Shown here piece by piece: positions 1-11,557 of a stretch of DNA of 64,000 bases. The notes beneath the pieces were generated by a model. That model worked only from the letters and a program-made list of their open reading frames with translations. It ran no database searches and had not been told where the DNA came from. The DNA comes from Heterodontus francisci (taxonomy: Eukaryota). Each line of letters begins with the position of its first letter. Within the stretch, counting starts at the first letter, position 1. The stretch spans positions 136,644,737-136,708,736 of the forward strand of contig NC_090371.1 of NCBI RefSeq assembly GCF_036365525.1. The letters are read 5' to 3'. Both the position numbers and the translations under genes were made by a program.

Positions 1-545
1 AATACAGTACATGAGCTGCCTCACTACATATGCATTACAGGTTATATTTACAATGTACATTTACATTTCATGTCAAACATTCTGTGGTGCGTACAGCTGA
101 GGGGTTTTATGCGGTTTCCAACCCCTCGGTATACTATGGCAGGAGGGCCTTAGACAATGGCCTTTCCCCATTAAGTCTTTGCGGCAGCTGCCCAAGCTTC
201 AGTGTGTCCTTCAGCATGTAGTCCTGGACCTTGGAATGTGCAAGTCTGCAACAGTCGGTGTTCGACAGCTCTTTGCACTGGAAGACCAGCATGATTCGGC
301 CAGACCAAAGAGCGTTTTTCACTGAGTTGATGGTCTTCTAGCAGCAGTTAATGTTTATCTTGGTGTGTGTCCCTGAGAACAGCCCGCAGAGCACCGAGTC
401 CTGCGTTATGGAGCTGCTCAGGATGAACATCGACAGACACCACTGCATCTCTTTCCAGACCTGCTTTGCAAAGGCACATTCCAGACAGAGGTGGGCAACG
501 GTCTGTTCCCCATCATGGCCACCTCGAGGGCAGCGTGGCACCAGC
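1..545 (-). mobile_element. Tx1/L1-clade LINE 3' fragment (zf-RVT-like region and 3' UTR)
   Basis: Minus-strand translations CPRGGHDGEQTVAHLCLECAFAKQVW and KNALWSGRIMLVFQ...VQDYMLKD resemble the C-terminal zinc-binding region of Tx1 ORF2; interrupted by stops. Confidence 0.75.
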
Positions 546-934
546 AGTTTAATTGGAAGTTCTCTTGTTGACAGCACAGGTGGGGCAGACACATCCTGGA
601 TTACAGAACTGAATGTGAATATATTTGAAGCATACCGAAGTCGTACTAAGGCAGTATGAAGACTTCCTTTTTCCCTTTTTCTACTTATGAGCTTTGGAGC
701 ATCACTGATATCTGACACCTCTGTTATATTCTTAGGTAGCAGCCCGAAACTTCACACTGAATCTGCATGGGTGGATTTACCAGCGGTGGAGCCTGTTACA
801 CCAGCCATGTATATTGGTTTCTCCTCACCCATATCAAATTTGCGAGGTGCTCTGTGCATGTACAGTTTTCCTTGCCCATAAATTATACATTTTTTCTTTT
901 TCTCCACTTTTTTGCCTTGCTTTTGCCTTTAAGT

Positions 935-1265
935 CGGAAGGTTGTAGGTTATGAGGGCATATTACATTGATGTGTTGTCTTTTGGATGAGGTGTTAAACC
1001 AAAGCCCCATTTACCTGTTTAAGTGGACAAATAGATTCCAAGGCATTTTTTGGAAGAAGGTAACCAGGTAAATACATCTTTCTCAACCAATACCATTAAA
1101 AACAGATTGCTTATTCATTCATTTGCTGTTTATGAGACCTTACTGTGTACAAAATGATTGCTGAATTTGCCCACATAACAATAGTGACTATCCTTATAAA
1201 GTAATTAATTGATTGTAAATGTCCAGAGATCATGATAAGACATTGTGTATAAATGCAAGTTCTTT
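935..1265 (+). mobile_element. Degraded Deu-domain SINE with L2-type tail
   Basis: gtctttttggatgaggtgttaaaccaaagcccc core and tataaatgcaagttcttt tail, shared with the better copy at 46995-47435. Confidence 0.5.
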
Positions 1266-1837
1266 GTTTGCCTTTAATACCATATAGTTAATTTTTATAA
1301 CTATCCTTTTGTCTGGCATCTAATCAAATACCATCTGAAAATCCTTATATACAACACTATATTGCAATCAGGCCAGTAAAGTTTTCAATTGATAATTGCA
1401 AACTTTCCTTATCAAGTCCTGAAAACAAATGATTAGTCCAATGATACCACTTCTTCAAGTCCTATCATGACTGGTGCACCAGTAAAATAAATATCCCCAA
1501 AAAATGGGCCCCTACAGTTTATATCTTCACATTAAAGCCCATATTGGCAACAAAAGAGTTAGGGCTGTGAAGGTATGTTGAATTTTGTTGATGGTATAGC
1601 TATCATTTCATAAGTGTTAAGATATAATTATAAATAATTGAGATACCAGTGAAAATCCATACATCTTGCGCTTTGTTTCCTTAAATAATCTTTTGAACAG
1701 GTAAAAAGCTGTGATAAAGTTGTTTAAACCACTTTTCAATTTGCTGTCATTATAATTCAAAAGAATCGCACTGAGGAAAAGATAACATTTAACATATTGC
1801 ATCACAGCACAGAGACATCTCTATCCCAAGTCAGCCT

Positions 1838-2214
1838 ATCTGAAATAAAAACAAAAAGTGCTGGAAATACTCAGCAGGTCTGGCAGCATCTGTGGAGAGA
1901 GGAGCAGAGCTAACGTTTCAGGTCAGTGGCCCTTCATCAGAACTGGCAAAGGTTAGAAATGTAATACGTTTTAAACAAATAAAGTGAGGTTGGGGAAAAA
2001 GAGAACAAAAGGGAAGGTGTTGTTAGGACTGAGGGTCAGAGAGATTAACTGACAAGGAGGTCATGGGGCAAAGGCAAAGAGTGTGCTAATGGTGTGGTGA
2101 AAGACAAAGCATTAGTGCAGAGAGAGTGTAAAATGATAGAATAATGAACAGCCCTAGCCAAAAGCACAAACATGAAAAAAAGTGGGCAAGCATCTGCAAT
2201 ATTTTGCTTTTATT
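1838..2214 (-). mobile_element. Penelope-like element terminal fragment with short inverted end piece
   Basis: Matches the terminus of the GIY-YIG-bearing element at 58820-60040; flanked by 14-bp duplication tcagcc(t/g)atctgaa at 1831-1844 and 2215-2228. Confidence 0.75.
1908..1944 (-). ncRNA. Minimal type I hammerhead ribozyme motif (PLE-associated)
   Basis: Minus strand reads AGUU-CUGAUGA-AGGGCCACUGACCU-GAAAC-GUU-AGCU: both core boxes, stem II and a short stem I. Confidence 0.55.
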
Positions 2215-3458
2215 TCAGCCGATCTGAAGTTGAAGGTAGCATTACACAATGTATACAACTCAGTTCTCTTCACAGTTCCAGAGTAGGTAAAAGGAATCTA
2301 TGCAGAAAGTATTTATAGTTAATCGCAACAAAAAAAACTCCCAAATACTGCCAATCTTAAAAGTTATCTTGTTTTCCTTCTAGTTTAAACTATCTATTGG
2401 GTCTAGCCACAAGTGTCTCGAGAGAACAGAATAGTTAGAGTGTAGCATTCATCTGGGAAGCAGACCATAAAAGTGATATATTCTCATTCACAGAGACATG
2501 ATCCTGGGTCTCTATTTTCTCCTTGTAAGTAGCCCACACTTGCACACCAAGCTGTTGTGTTTATATATTTGATTATGAAGATCATTCAGTAATTCATGCC
2601 GAAGCTATCCCACCTAAATAACAATCAACCCACTTCAGAACATAACTTCAGCAATGAAAAAAGTAATAAACTTTTTTCTAAATAAGACTTTGAGAATTTG
2701 CAAGTTTAAACCCAACTAAAGCTCACCAGGAGATTCTGTGAAAAATAGCCTGCATAAGAAATGCTGGGGCCTTTGCACAAACTCATGGTGGTATCACTTT
2801 TCATTGCCTTTGCCTGGTATTAATGGGGCGGTAATGGTCTCAAAATGGGGTCGGTCACTTTACCGTCCCATTAACACCAGTGAAGTGGCTGTGTTATTTT
2901 AAAAGGGGCGAGGGGTGGTGGTGGGTACCTCTGGGTATCCAAAGCACTCACCTTTTTCAAGCAATAGGTCACTTTTAATATGGAAATCAAGGTTCTATGA
3001 TGTAAATAGAATTCTGATTGCCATTTTAAGGAAGAAGTGGTTGGTGCCTGTGCAGCGCAGACTTCAACCACTTCCATGGGGGATGAAAGAGAAAAAAGCC
3101 CAGCTAAGCTAAATCTTGGATTATTATTGTGGGGCTCAACAAACAAGAGCACCTCCAGGGCCTACAAAAATAACATTGGTCATTGCCAGCTTGGGATCCC
3201 CACCTTCTGTGATAGTGATCCTCCCCGCCCCCAGTCCCCCAGCACAATTTACCTTAATGGCGTCAGCTCCAGCTCATTTTCCTCTGCTGAATCTGGTGAG
3301 CGCCACTGAAATGCCTGTTTGGCACTGTACAGTCCGCCTGATGAATGTAAACAGAGCCAGAGCCACAAAATCACCAGGGCTACTTTTCCTGCAGAATGGG
3401 CTGCTGTGGGACATACTCCATTGGTGACCGTTCAAAAGACAAAATAGACTCCTGAGTT

Positions 3459-3597
3459 AATAAAAGCAAAATACTGCGGATGCTGGAAATCTGAAATGAA
3501 AACAAGAAATGCTGGAAATACTCAGCGGGTCTGGCAGCATCTGTGGAGAGAGAAGCAGAGTTAACGTTTCAGGTCAGTGACCCTTCTTCAGAACTGT
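3459..3597 (-). mobile_element. Penelope-like element terminal repeat fragment
   Basis: aataaaagcaaaatactgcggatgctggaaatctgaaa...ttaacgtttcaggtcagtgacccttcttcagaact; same family as 1838-2214, 13840-13930 and 58820-60040. Confidence 0.8.
3559..3595 (-). ncRNA. Minimal type I hammerhead ribozyme motif (best-preserved copy)
   Basis: Minus strand AGUU-CUGAAGA-AGGGUCACUGACCU-GAAAC-GUU-AACU: CUGANGA and GAAA boxes, stem II GGUC/GACC, perfect stem I AGUU/AACU. Confidence 0.62.
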
Positions 3598-3739
3598 CAG
3601 AACTATAGACCCCTGAGTGTTGTGTGGGCATCCCGAAGAACTATGAACATGCAGAGCACTGACTGGGTGGCAGGAACAGAGGGCTGAACCATTGATCACT
3701 TGTTCAGAAAATGAGCAGTTGGCAACCATATTCTCCAAC

Positions 3740-4560
3740 AACAACAACAACTTATATTTATAACATGCCTTTAATATAGTTAAGTATCCCAAAGTAATGC
3801 TTCCATGTAATGTTATCAAACAAATTTGACATGGAACCACATAAGAAAATATTAGGGCAGATGATCAAAAGCTTGATCAAAGAGGTAGGTTTTAAAGATT
3901 GTCTTTAAGGAGGAAAGTGAGGTAGAGAAGCAGAGAGGGAATTCCAGAGCTTAGGGCCTTGACACTTGAAGGCATGGCCACCAGTAGTGGAGGGATTAAA
4001 TTTGGGGATGCTCAAGAGGCCACCATTGGAGGAACACAGATATCTCAAGAGGGTTGTGGGGCTGAAGGAGATTACAGAGGTACACAGAGGCGAGGCCATG
4101 GAGGGACTTGAAAACAAGACTGAGAATTTTACAGTGAGCACAGAGGTGAACAGGATTTGGTGCGAGTTAGGACACAGGTAACAGAATTTTGGATGACCTC
4201 AATATTATGGAGGGTAGAAAATGGGAGGCTGGCCAGGAGTGCATTGGAATAATCAAGTGTAGAGGTAACAAAGGCATGAATGAGGGTTTCAGCAGTAGAT
4301 GAGCTGAGTCAGTGATGGCACGTATATGTGGTCAGAGGCTCATCTTGAGGTCAAATGTGACACCAAGGTTGCGAAGATTCTGGTACAGCCTCAGCCAGTT
4401 GCTGGAAGAGGGATAGAATCGATGGATAGGGAACAGAGTTTGTGATGGGGACCAAAGATAATGGCTTTGGTCTTTCCAATAATTAATTGAAGTACTTGAT
4501 GTCAGACAAGCAGTGTGACATTTTGGAGACAGTGGAGGGGTTGAGAGCAGGGTAGTGCAT
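3740..4560 (-). mobile_element. L2 LINE 3' fragment
   Basis: (aac)n/ttatatttata tail; translations RNLGVTFDLKMS and GGHAFKCQGPKLWNSL typical of L2 ORF2 C-terminus. Confidence 0.85.
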
Positions 4561-4696
4561 GTCAAAGCCATTCGCTAGTGATATCATTTGATTTGCAATG
4601 GGACCTATTCTTCATGTATAAATCAGAATGAATGGCAGCAGGCTATTTCACTGTGGGAGGGAACACAGGAAAAAATCAATCGTATTCTCACCCATC

Positions 4697-5704
4697 GGCC
4701 GGAGTTTTATGCCACCCCAGCGAGCCGGTTGGTGTGGGGGTGGGGGTGAGGTGTTGTAAGATTGAGCAGGAGGCTCTGTAATCTCCTCCAGCCCCACAAC
4801 CCTCTGAGATATCTGTGCTCCTCCAACGCTGGCCTCCTGAGCATCCCCAATTTTAATCCCTCCACAGTGGCGCAGTGGTTAGCACCGCAGCTTCACAGCT
4901 CCAGTGACCCAGGTTCAATTCTGGGTACTGCCTGTGTGGAGTTTGCAAGTTCTCCCTGTGTCTGCGTGGACTTTCTCCGGGTGCTCCGGTTTCCTCCCAC
5001 AAGCCAAAAAGACTTGCAGGTTGTTAGGTAAATTGGCCATTATAAATTCCCCCTAGTATAGGTAGGTGGTAGGGAAATATAGGGACAGGTGGGGATGTGG
5101 TAGGGACATGGGATTAGTATAAATGGGTGGTTGATGGTCGGCACAGACTTGGTGGGCCGAAGGGCCTGTTTCAGTGCTGTATCTCTAAAACTAAAAAAAA
5201 AACACTGGTGGCCACTTAATGGCCTTCACCCGCCTCCACGGGGATTTTACCCGTGGCAAACAGGCTTCTGGGAGATGTGAAAGGCTGCTCAGTGAAAGCT
5301 GGTGGCCTCTCAGCACCCCACGGGTGGGCCCTGAGAAACGGGCACAGGATGCCCGATTGACAGCCGCCGCCACTTCCCCAACCACCCCCAGGACCTGAGT
5401 CGCCCCGTTCCCCCCACACAGCCACCCTTGCCTTGCCGGGGCTCGTCCAAACACCCCACGAGGCAACTCTAACTTACCTGTTGTCCTGGCTCCATGTCCT
5501 CGGCTGGGCTGCAGTCCTAGCAGTTGCCACCGCTACCGATGGCGCAGCTGGAACTAAGAGCTGCTGGCCTGATGATTGATGCACCAGTTAAAGCCTGGGG
5601 ACCCATAAAATGTGGGACAGATCCCCAGGCCGGGCGGAAGCGGGTTCGCCCCCGACTTTTATGTCAGTGGCCAGCTCCCATCCGCCCAATGTAAAATCCA
5701 GCCC
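4697..5704. mobile_element. GC-rich non-autonomous DNA transposon (probably Harbinger-type MITE), interrupted by a SINE
   Basis: Terminal inverted repeats ggccggagttttatg / tgtaaaatccagccc; internal sequence matches 40711-41446 in opposite orientation. Confidence 0.65.
4862..5200 (+). mobile_element. HE1-like V-SINE (slightly 5'-truncated)
   Basis: tRNA-like A box (agtggcgcagtgg) and B box (ggttcaattc), V-domain ggtgctccggtttcctcccac, CR1-derived tail gggcctgtttcagtgctgtatctcta, A-rich end. Confidence 0.85.
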
Positions 5705-6584
5705 ATGATCTTTGCAATGGGGATTACTCTATTGCAATCAGCAATGGGAGCCTTGGTTGATATCTCCCCTCACTATCCTGGAGCACTGAAACCTTTTGTA
5801 CCACTTCCATTATTGCCTTATCTGGGATCAGCCAATTCACCACAAATGAATAATTGGACCTGGGACTTTTCAGGTTTGTATGGTTCAGTGCCACATCAAT
5901 TATGTACATGAGGAACCCTCAATTTTTAATATGAAAGACAGATTTTCTAGATTTCATTGTTGTTTCTACAGCACTGTGCTATAGCATTGTAAAGCCATTG
6001 TCTTTTGATGATCTCACACTGGATGCTTTGCGCATATGTGTGATAGCACAAAGTAAAAGGGCTATGAATGTCTACTGCAGCAGAAGGATGAAATTTACCC
6101 TGGTGCAAGATGGGAGTCTGCCTTTAAGACTGTATATATTGCCAATGTCAGTTTACTGAGAGAAGCAGTGTGACAAATTCTACCTCATTGAAATGGATAG
6201 AGCTGTGTTTATTTATTTTAATGTTTTTCTAGTTATCTCTCATGAAGCTGCTGACTCTAGTTGTACTATGGTAGTTTGGTCCAAGTGGCCATCCTTCTTG
6301 AACAGAGGCAGTGTGTGAATACTGACTATGGCGGTGTGGGGATCATTTTACCTGAGCCCGATCCCATTCTCACTGGAGGTCTACATATGAGCACTTTCGA
6401 CCAATGACAACTGGATAGTGATTTGGAGCTGATTTTCTCTCCCATCCAGGGCACCCAAGCCAGTTTTAGGGTTTCTACTGCCAGTTTGGCTGAGGTCAGC
6501 TGCTCTGCCAATTGTTTAAAATGAGCCATATCAAAACAGGTTACCATTTCATTCCAGTCAACAAAATTGTATATTAGGATTAGT

Positions 6585-8015
6585 GGCCGCAAAATTGGAC
6601 AGCGCCCAAAAACAGTTTCAGATATCACAATGTGTAATTAATCTGTGCCTGTTGCTTCCAATGCAGGTAGCACACAAACTTCGTGCTACCTGCTGACTTT
6701 CATGATAGCTGCGGGCAGCCAGTGCTAAACATGTTGCTGATTGTTGCACACCTCAGCAGGGGCCCAAGTTGTGCAGTTCTAGCACCACAATGCTCGACTG
6801 CACTGCTTAAAGCCAGCCTGCACCTCTTAAAAGGGAGGTGCATACTGGCTGGAGCAAGTGCTGGAACTGGTTGCAGAAGAGAGTTTGAGCAAAAAGAACA
6901 CTGAATTATGGAATAATAGGACAGAGAGAGTACTCCAAGTTTCTCTGACACTGCACTGGTTGCCTTGTTGGAGGATGTAGATGGAAGAAGAGAGGTCCTC
7001 TATCCAATGGGGGCCAGCAGGCCCTCCAGATAAATTCTGCGAAGGCAGTGGGAGCAGATAGTCATGGCAGTCAATGCCAAGAGTCTAGCCCCGAGGACCT
7101 GGATTCAGTATCGCAAGAAGTTCAATCAGCACATACCAAAAGGTCAAGGTAAGTGAATTTGTCTGCCAATGCCAAATCTCACCAACTGCACCACTTGCTT
7201 CGCACACTGTCCAATGCACCACACCCACATCACTCATCTACCAAAAATGCTGTGGTTGAATTAAAGAGCCACAGCAAAGCCCACTTCCTTGACAACGAGT
7301 TTCTGACCCTCTACCCACCTCCTCGCTGCGTGTGCGTCCATTTAGATAAAATTCTGCCCACTGTTAGGTGAATCGCTCCCTGAATACTCTGGGTGGGTAT
7401 AACCTCCATGTGTGAGCCCTTCTCTCTTCCTCCATGTTAAAGCAGCTTGTCCTGCTCTGTGTCACATATGCTCATTCTCCCTATCATGCTGTAGTCCAAG
7501 GAGGATGCCTACTACTTCACCCATGTCCGGGAGCAAATGGTTTTTGCAGAATCCTTGAAGTTACGGCAAAGTGCTACAGCAAATGCCACAACACTCCCTG
7601 TAGACTTCAGTAACTTTAAACAACTCTGAAAAGCACCAAACACTTCTATTATCACAACAAAAGCCAGGAGAAATAAATTAGCAACTAACATAAAAGTAGT
7701 TGACGATCCCTTTAAATAATGCTGGTGGGAGTTCCTTCCTGCTGTTGCGCATGTTTAAGAGACAGCGATGGCTGGAGTGTTGAGTTCCAAAATGCCAGCA
7801 CTGGCATCAAATCAGTGTCACATGCTCTTTGACATGTCGATCTGCCTACACTGTAAACTTCTAGTGGCTGCTCCCTCTGTGCTAAAGCCCTTACCAAAAT
7901 GGTATCAGATATGGCCCACACCAGAAATGTCCATGCACTCATGCTGTAGCTGCCATTTTGGACCAGAAATGCCACCCATAGCACCTGTGTGCTATTGTGC
8001 TGAATTTGTTGGTCA
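6585..8015 (+). mobile_element. Harbinger-family remnant with Myb/SANT-like DNA-binding ORF relic
   Basis: About 6920-7130 translates to PSFSDTALVALLEDVDGRREVLYP...RRQWEQIVMAVNAKSLAPRTWIQYRKKFN; right end is homologous to the left end of 52381-54610. Confidence 0.7.
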
Positions 8016-9519
8016 TTATGTCCAGGTAAAAGAACTATAAAGGAAGTCATTCAGTACCATCACCACTCAGTACCATCATTACTCAGTACCTATGTGGTTC
8101 CTACAAGAAGGTTTGAGGTATAGAGTAGGTAAAGTACTGTGGATCTTTCCCTGAACATGAAGCAAGGCAGAGTATTGATAACTTGCATTCATATGCTGCC
8201 TTTAATGTTGTAAAACATTCCAAGGCACTTAACAAGAGTGTTATCAATAACACATTTTGAAATGTGTCACAAATACCAGTGTAAATGCTATATTAAATAA
8301 TTTCAGGTTTAATGACTTCAGATGTAAACAAACCACCACTTCCTCACAGTGACACTGAGAATATTTGAATTAATTTCATGAATTTGTACAGGTGGAAGCA
8401 GAATTTTAAATATGTGATAGAGGAACAAGAGGCTAATTTAGCAGCTTTAATGTAGCTTAATATCCTAAGGTACATCACAATGGTGGGGTGGGGTGGGGTG
8501 GTGTGGGGGAGGGGGAGATGAACTGACAATGAGCTGGGGTTAGGAGTAGGAAAGGTGACCAAAGAACAGGTTGAAGAAATAGTTTTTGTGGAGGCTTGCA
8601 AAGATGGAGAGAGATGTAGCAGGACCTTGGCTTATGGGTTAAGGGATAAAGTTCCAGGTGTCAGAATTGGCTCAGTGACAACACTCTTGTTTCTAGATCA
8701 GCAGACCATAGGTTCAAGTCCCATTCTACAGACTTGACCACAGTATCTAGGTTGATGCTTCAATGAGGAAGTGATGCTATTTCTGAGATGTTGTGTTTGG
8801 GATGAGCTAATTAAAACTGAGTCTCCATCTGCCTTTTCAGATGGATCTAAAGGTTCTTGTGATACAATCATAGAAGAACATTGTGCCTGGTTAATATTTA
8901 TTTTTCAACCAACACTGCTAAAATCAAAAATACTTTCCTCGAAATTCAACTATTCCCAGCTCCTGAATGGTGAAGCCTCAAGCTTCATTATCATCGAGCT
9001 GGCCTGCAGCGACCCTTAGATAAGTGTTTAAAGGGGACCAAGAGCATAGTGATTGGGTTGGGATTGCAGTGGTGATTTGTAGGGAGGATAGTGGTAGGTG
9101 GTGATTGGAGGGGAAGAGGCAGGATTGGGGAGATCAGACACCAGGATGAGGTACATTGGTAGCAGGGGTGTAGTGAAGGCCAGCAGTCACCCATGTGGTC
9201 TTAATGTGGGTTTGGGTGAAGCACTCCTCCACATTTGAGTGTGTATATTTTAAAATCTTACTTTGTTGGTTGCAGCCCGCAGCAGTCCCTATATGGACCA
9301 CTTGTTAGGTGACACATAAGCCTGTTTTTGCCTCAGGGCAAACCAATATTGCAGAGAGGGCTTCAAACAGGTGTTATTCCCCCTTATTTGTATATGCAAA
9401 GAGAGTAACACCTGGCACCGATTATTTTGCCAACACCATTCTGCAGATTGATGTTTTTCCAGCTCAGAATGAGCTTGTGATTCCTCCTTGCCAAATTGAA
9501 GGCTTAGGCAGCCATTTAG

Positions 9520-10035
9520 CACCCAGAAAATGGGCACTGTTGGAGTGCAGCTCCAACAACACTCAGGAACTCAACACCATCCAGGCACCCCATCCACCAT
9601 GTTAAATATTCACTCCCTCCAGCATTGGTGCACTGTGGCTGCTGTGTGCACCCTAAAATGATAGAATGTTTACAGTAGAAAAGGAGACCTTTTGGCCCGT
9701 TGTCTACAAGATGCAATGCAGCAACTCATTAAGGATTATTCGACTGCACCTTCCAAACCCACGACCTCTGTGACCTAAGAAGAGCAAGAGTAACAAGCCC
9801 TTGGGAATACCACCACCTGCAAGCTCCCCTCAAGACACACACCGTTCTGACTTGGAACTATGTCGCTGTTTCTTCATTACCGCTGGGTCAAAATCCTGAC
9901 ACTCCCTCCCTAACAGCACTGTGAGTGTACCTACAAAACATGGACTGCAACGATTTAAGAAGGCAGCTCACCACCACCTTCTCAATAGCAATTAGGGATG
10001 GGCAATAAATGCTGGTCTTGCCAGTGATGTCCATA
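9520..10035 (+). mobile_element. CR1/L2-group LINE 3' fragment (family with gcaattagggatgggcaataaatgctgg tail)
   Basis: Same sequence family as 51370-52180 and the pieces at 20930-22560. Confidence 0.7.
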
Positions 10036-11475
10036 TCCCATAAATGAATTAAAACAAATTCTAGGCCATTATCTGGTCATTTATCTCATTGCTGTTTGTT
10101 AGACCTTGCTGTTTCAAAATTAGCTGCAGTGTATTTCCCTACGTTACATGAAGGACTACACTTCAAAATACTTCATTGACTGTGAAGGACTTTGGGATGT
10201 CCAGAGGTTGTAAACTGGCCTATATAAATTCTAGTTCTTTCTTTTGATGGCTGAAGATTTTGTTACCAATATTGGAGTAAAAGGATGGGGCCAGCTAGTA
10301 GGGCAGAATCAGAAGGAGTGGAAGGTGCAAACTGGCATATATGGTTGGGGGAATATTGTAAGGGTATGGTAAAGGAGATCATGGCAGGAACTATAAGTGA
10401 GGATAAAGATTTCTAAATCAATGTGTTGTGGCGATGGGGAGCCATTGTAGATCACTGAGTGCAGGTGTGGTATAACAAACATATTGGGATGCAGACAGCA
10501 GAATTCTGGATGAGTAAGGTGGAGCTCTGGAGCCTGGTGAAGTGTATTAGAATTGAAAGGGATAAGAGTGTCATTGCAGTGGAGGTGTGGTTAGGACACA
10601 GGCTATATATGCAAATAAAATATTCTAGCGGGGTTACTGCTTCCTTCCCCTCCTATTTGTTTTGGTCCTAAAAGTGCTTGAAATCTAAGCCTTTCTGTGT
10701 ATCACAATGCAAATAGGAATTTTAACAGACGCCTCATTCCTGGTATTATCAAATTTCTGTTGAAGCTGTTTAGTCACAAGCAATAAACTTGATTCTGATT
10801 GGTTAATGCAAGTTTACTATAAACATTAATTCAATTTGACCCAGAGTTTAACTCTTTTGCAGGCAGGTTCTGTGAAACTGAGGGTGGGACTAAGCTGCTT
10901 CTGTATTTTATTTTGCTTGTATGGGAGGGGGTCAAATCAAGAAAGGTACGTTGATGCATCATTTGTTCTCTTGCTAATTCATTTTTTTCTCCCCAGTGAT
11001 TCCTAGACACTTGACAAAAGGGGGGACAAACATTTCTGCCACCTGTTCCTGAATGAGTCACAACCAGTATGATGCTGTGAACACATCAGAAAGGTCATGG
11101 GTCTCTCCTAGCGACGTACCTTGCCAACTTTAATCCAAACCTTGTTTTGCCCCAGGTAAGTGAGCTCAGCCTTTTTTTTGAAAATTCTTGTCTGTCAGGT
11201 TAAGGTAACACGTCACCTTGTTCTTTAAAAATTCAGCTAAAGCAAGTTCTGAAAGTTTTCAAGGTAAGGCGTATTTATATTTTATATATATTAAAATTAA
11301 CTAGAGGTCACAAAACTGACTGGAACAGTAGCTTTCTTCAAGTTTTCTCTGTATGATAATGCTAGCAGGTGCATTTTGTCTTTTGTATTGTGGAAAAGTC
11401 TGTCTGTCTTCTCCCACACGGAACATTATAACCCTCAGTTTCTCTCATGATGACAGGTTGTTTTTGCTATTCTAG

Positions 11476-11557
11476 GCCACCATGGTTAACAAACTTCTTA
11501 ATGCCCACAGTTTCTTGTTCAATCCACCCTTTTTAATCTTTGTGCACTTGAGAAAAG
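11476..11557 (+). other. Candidate exon containing a Kozak ATG (unverified)
   Basis: Pyrimidine-rich acceptor ttgtttttgctattctag, then GCCACCATGG (ATG at 11482), 25 open codons MVNKLLNAHSFLFNPPFLIFVHLRK, and donor AAG/gtaggt. Confidence 0.3.

Noticed and set aside
545-930. Stretch with few stop codons next to the Tx1 fragment
   Set aside because: No recognisable domain or convincing splice sites; one in-frame stop.
8051-8090. Short 16-bp tandem repeat (tcagtaccatca...)
   Set aside because: Only about 2.5 copies with no spacers; ordinary slippage, not CRISPR-like.
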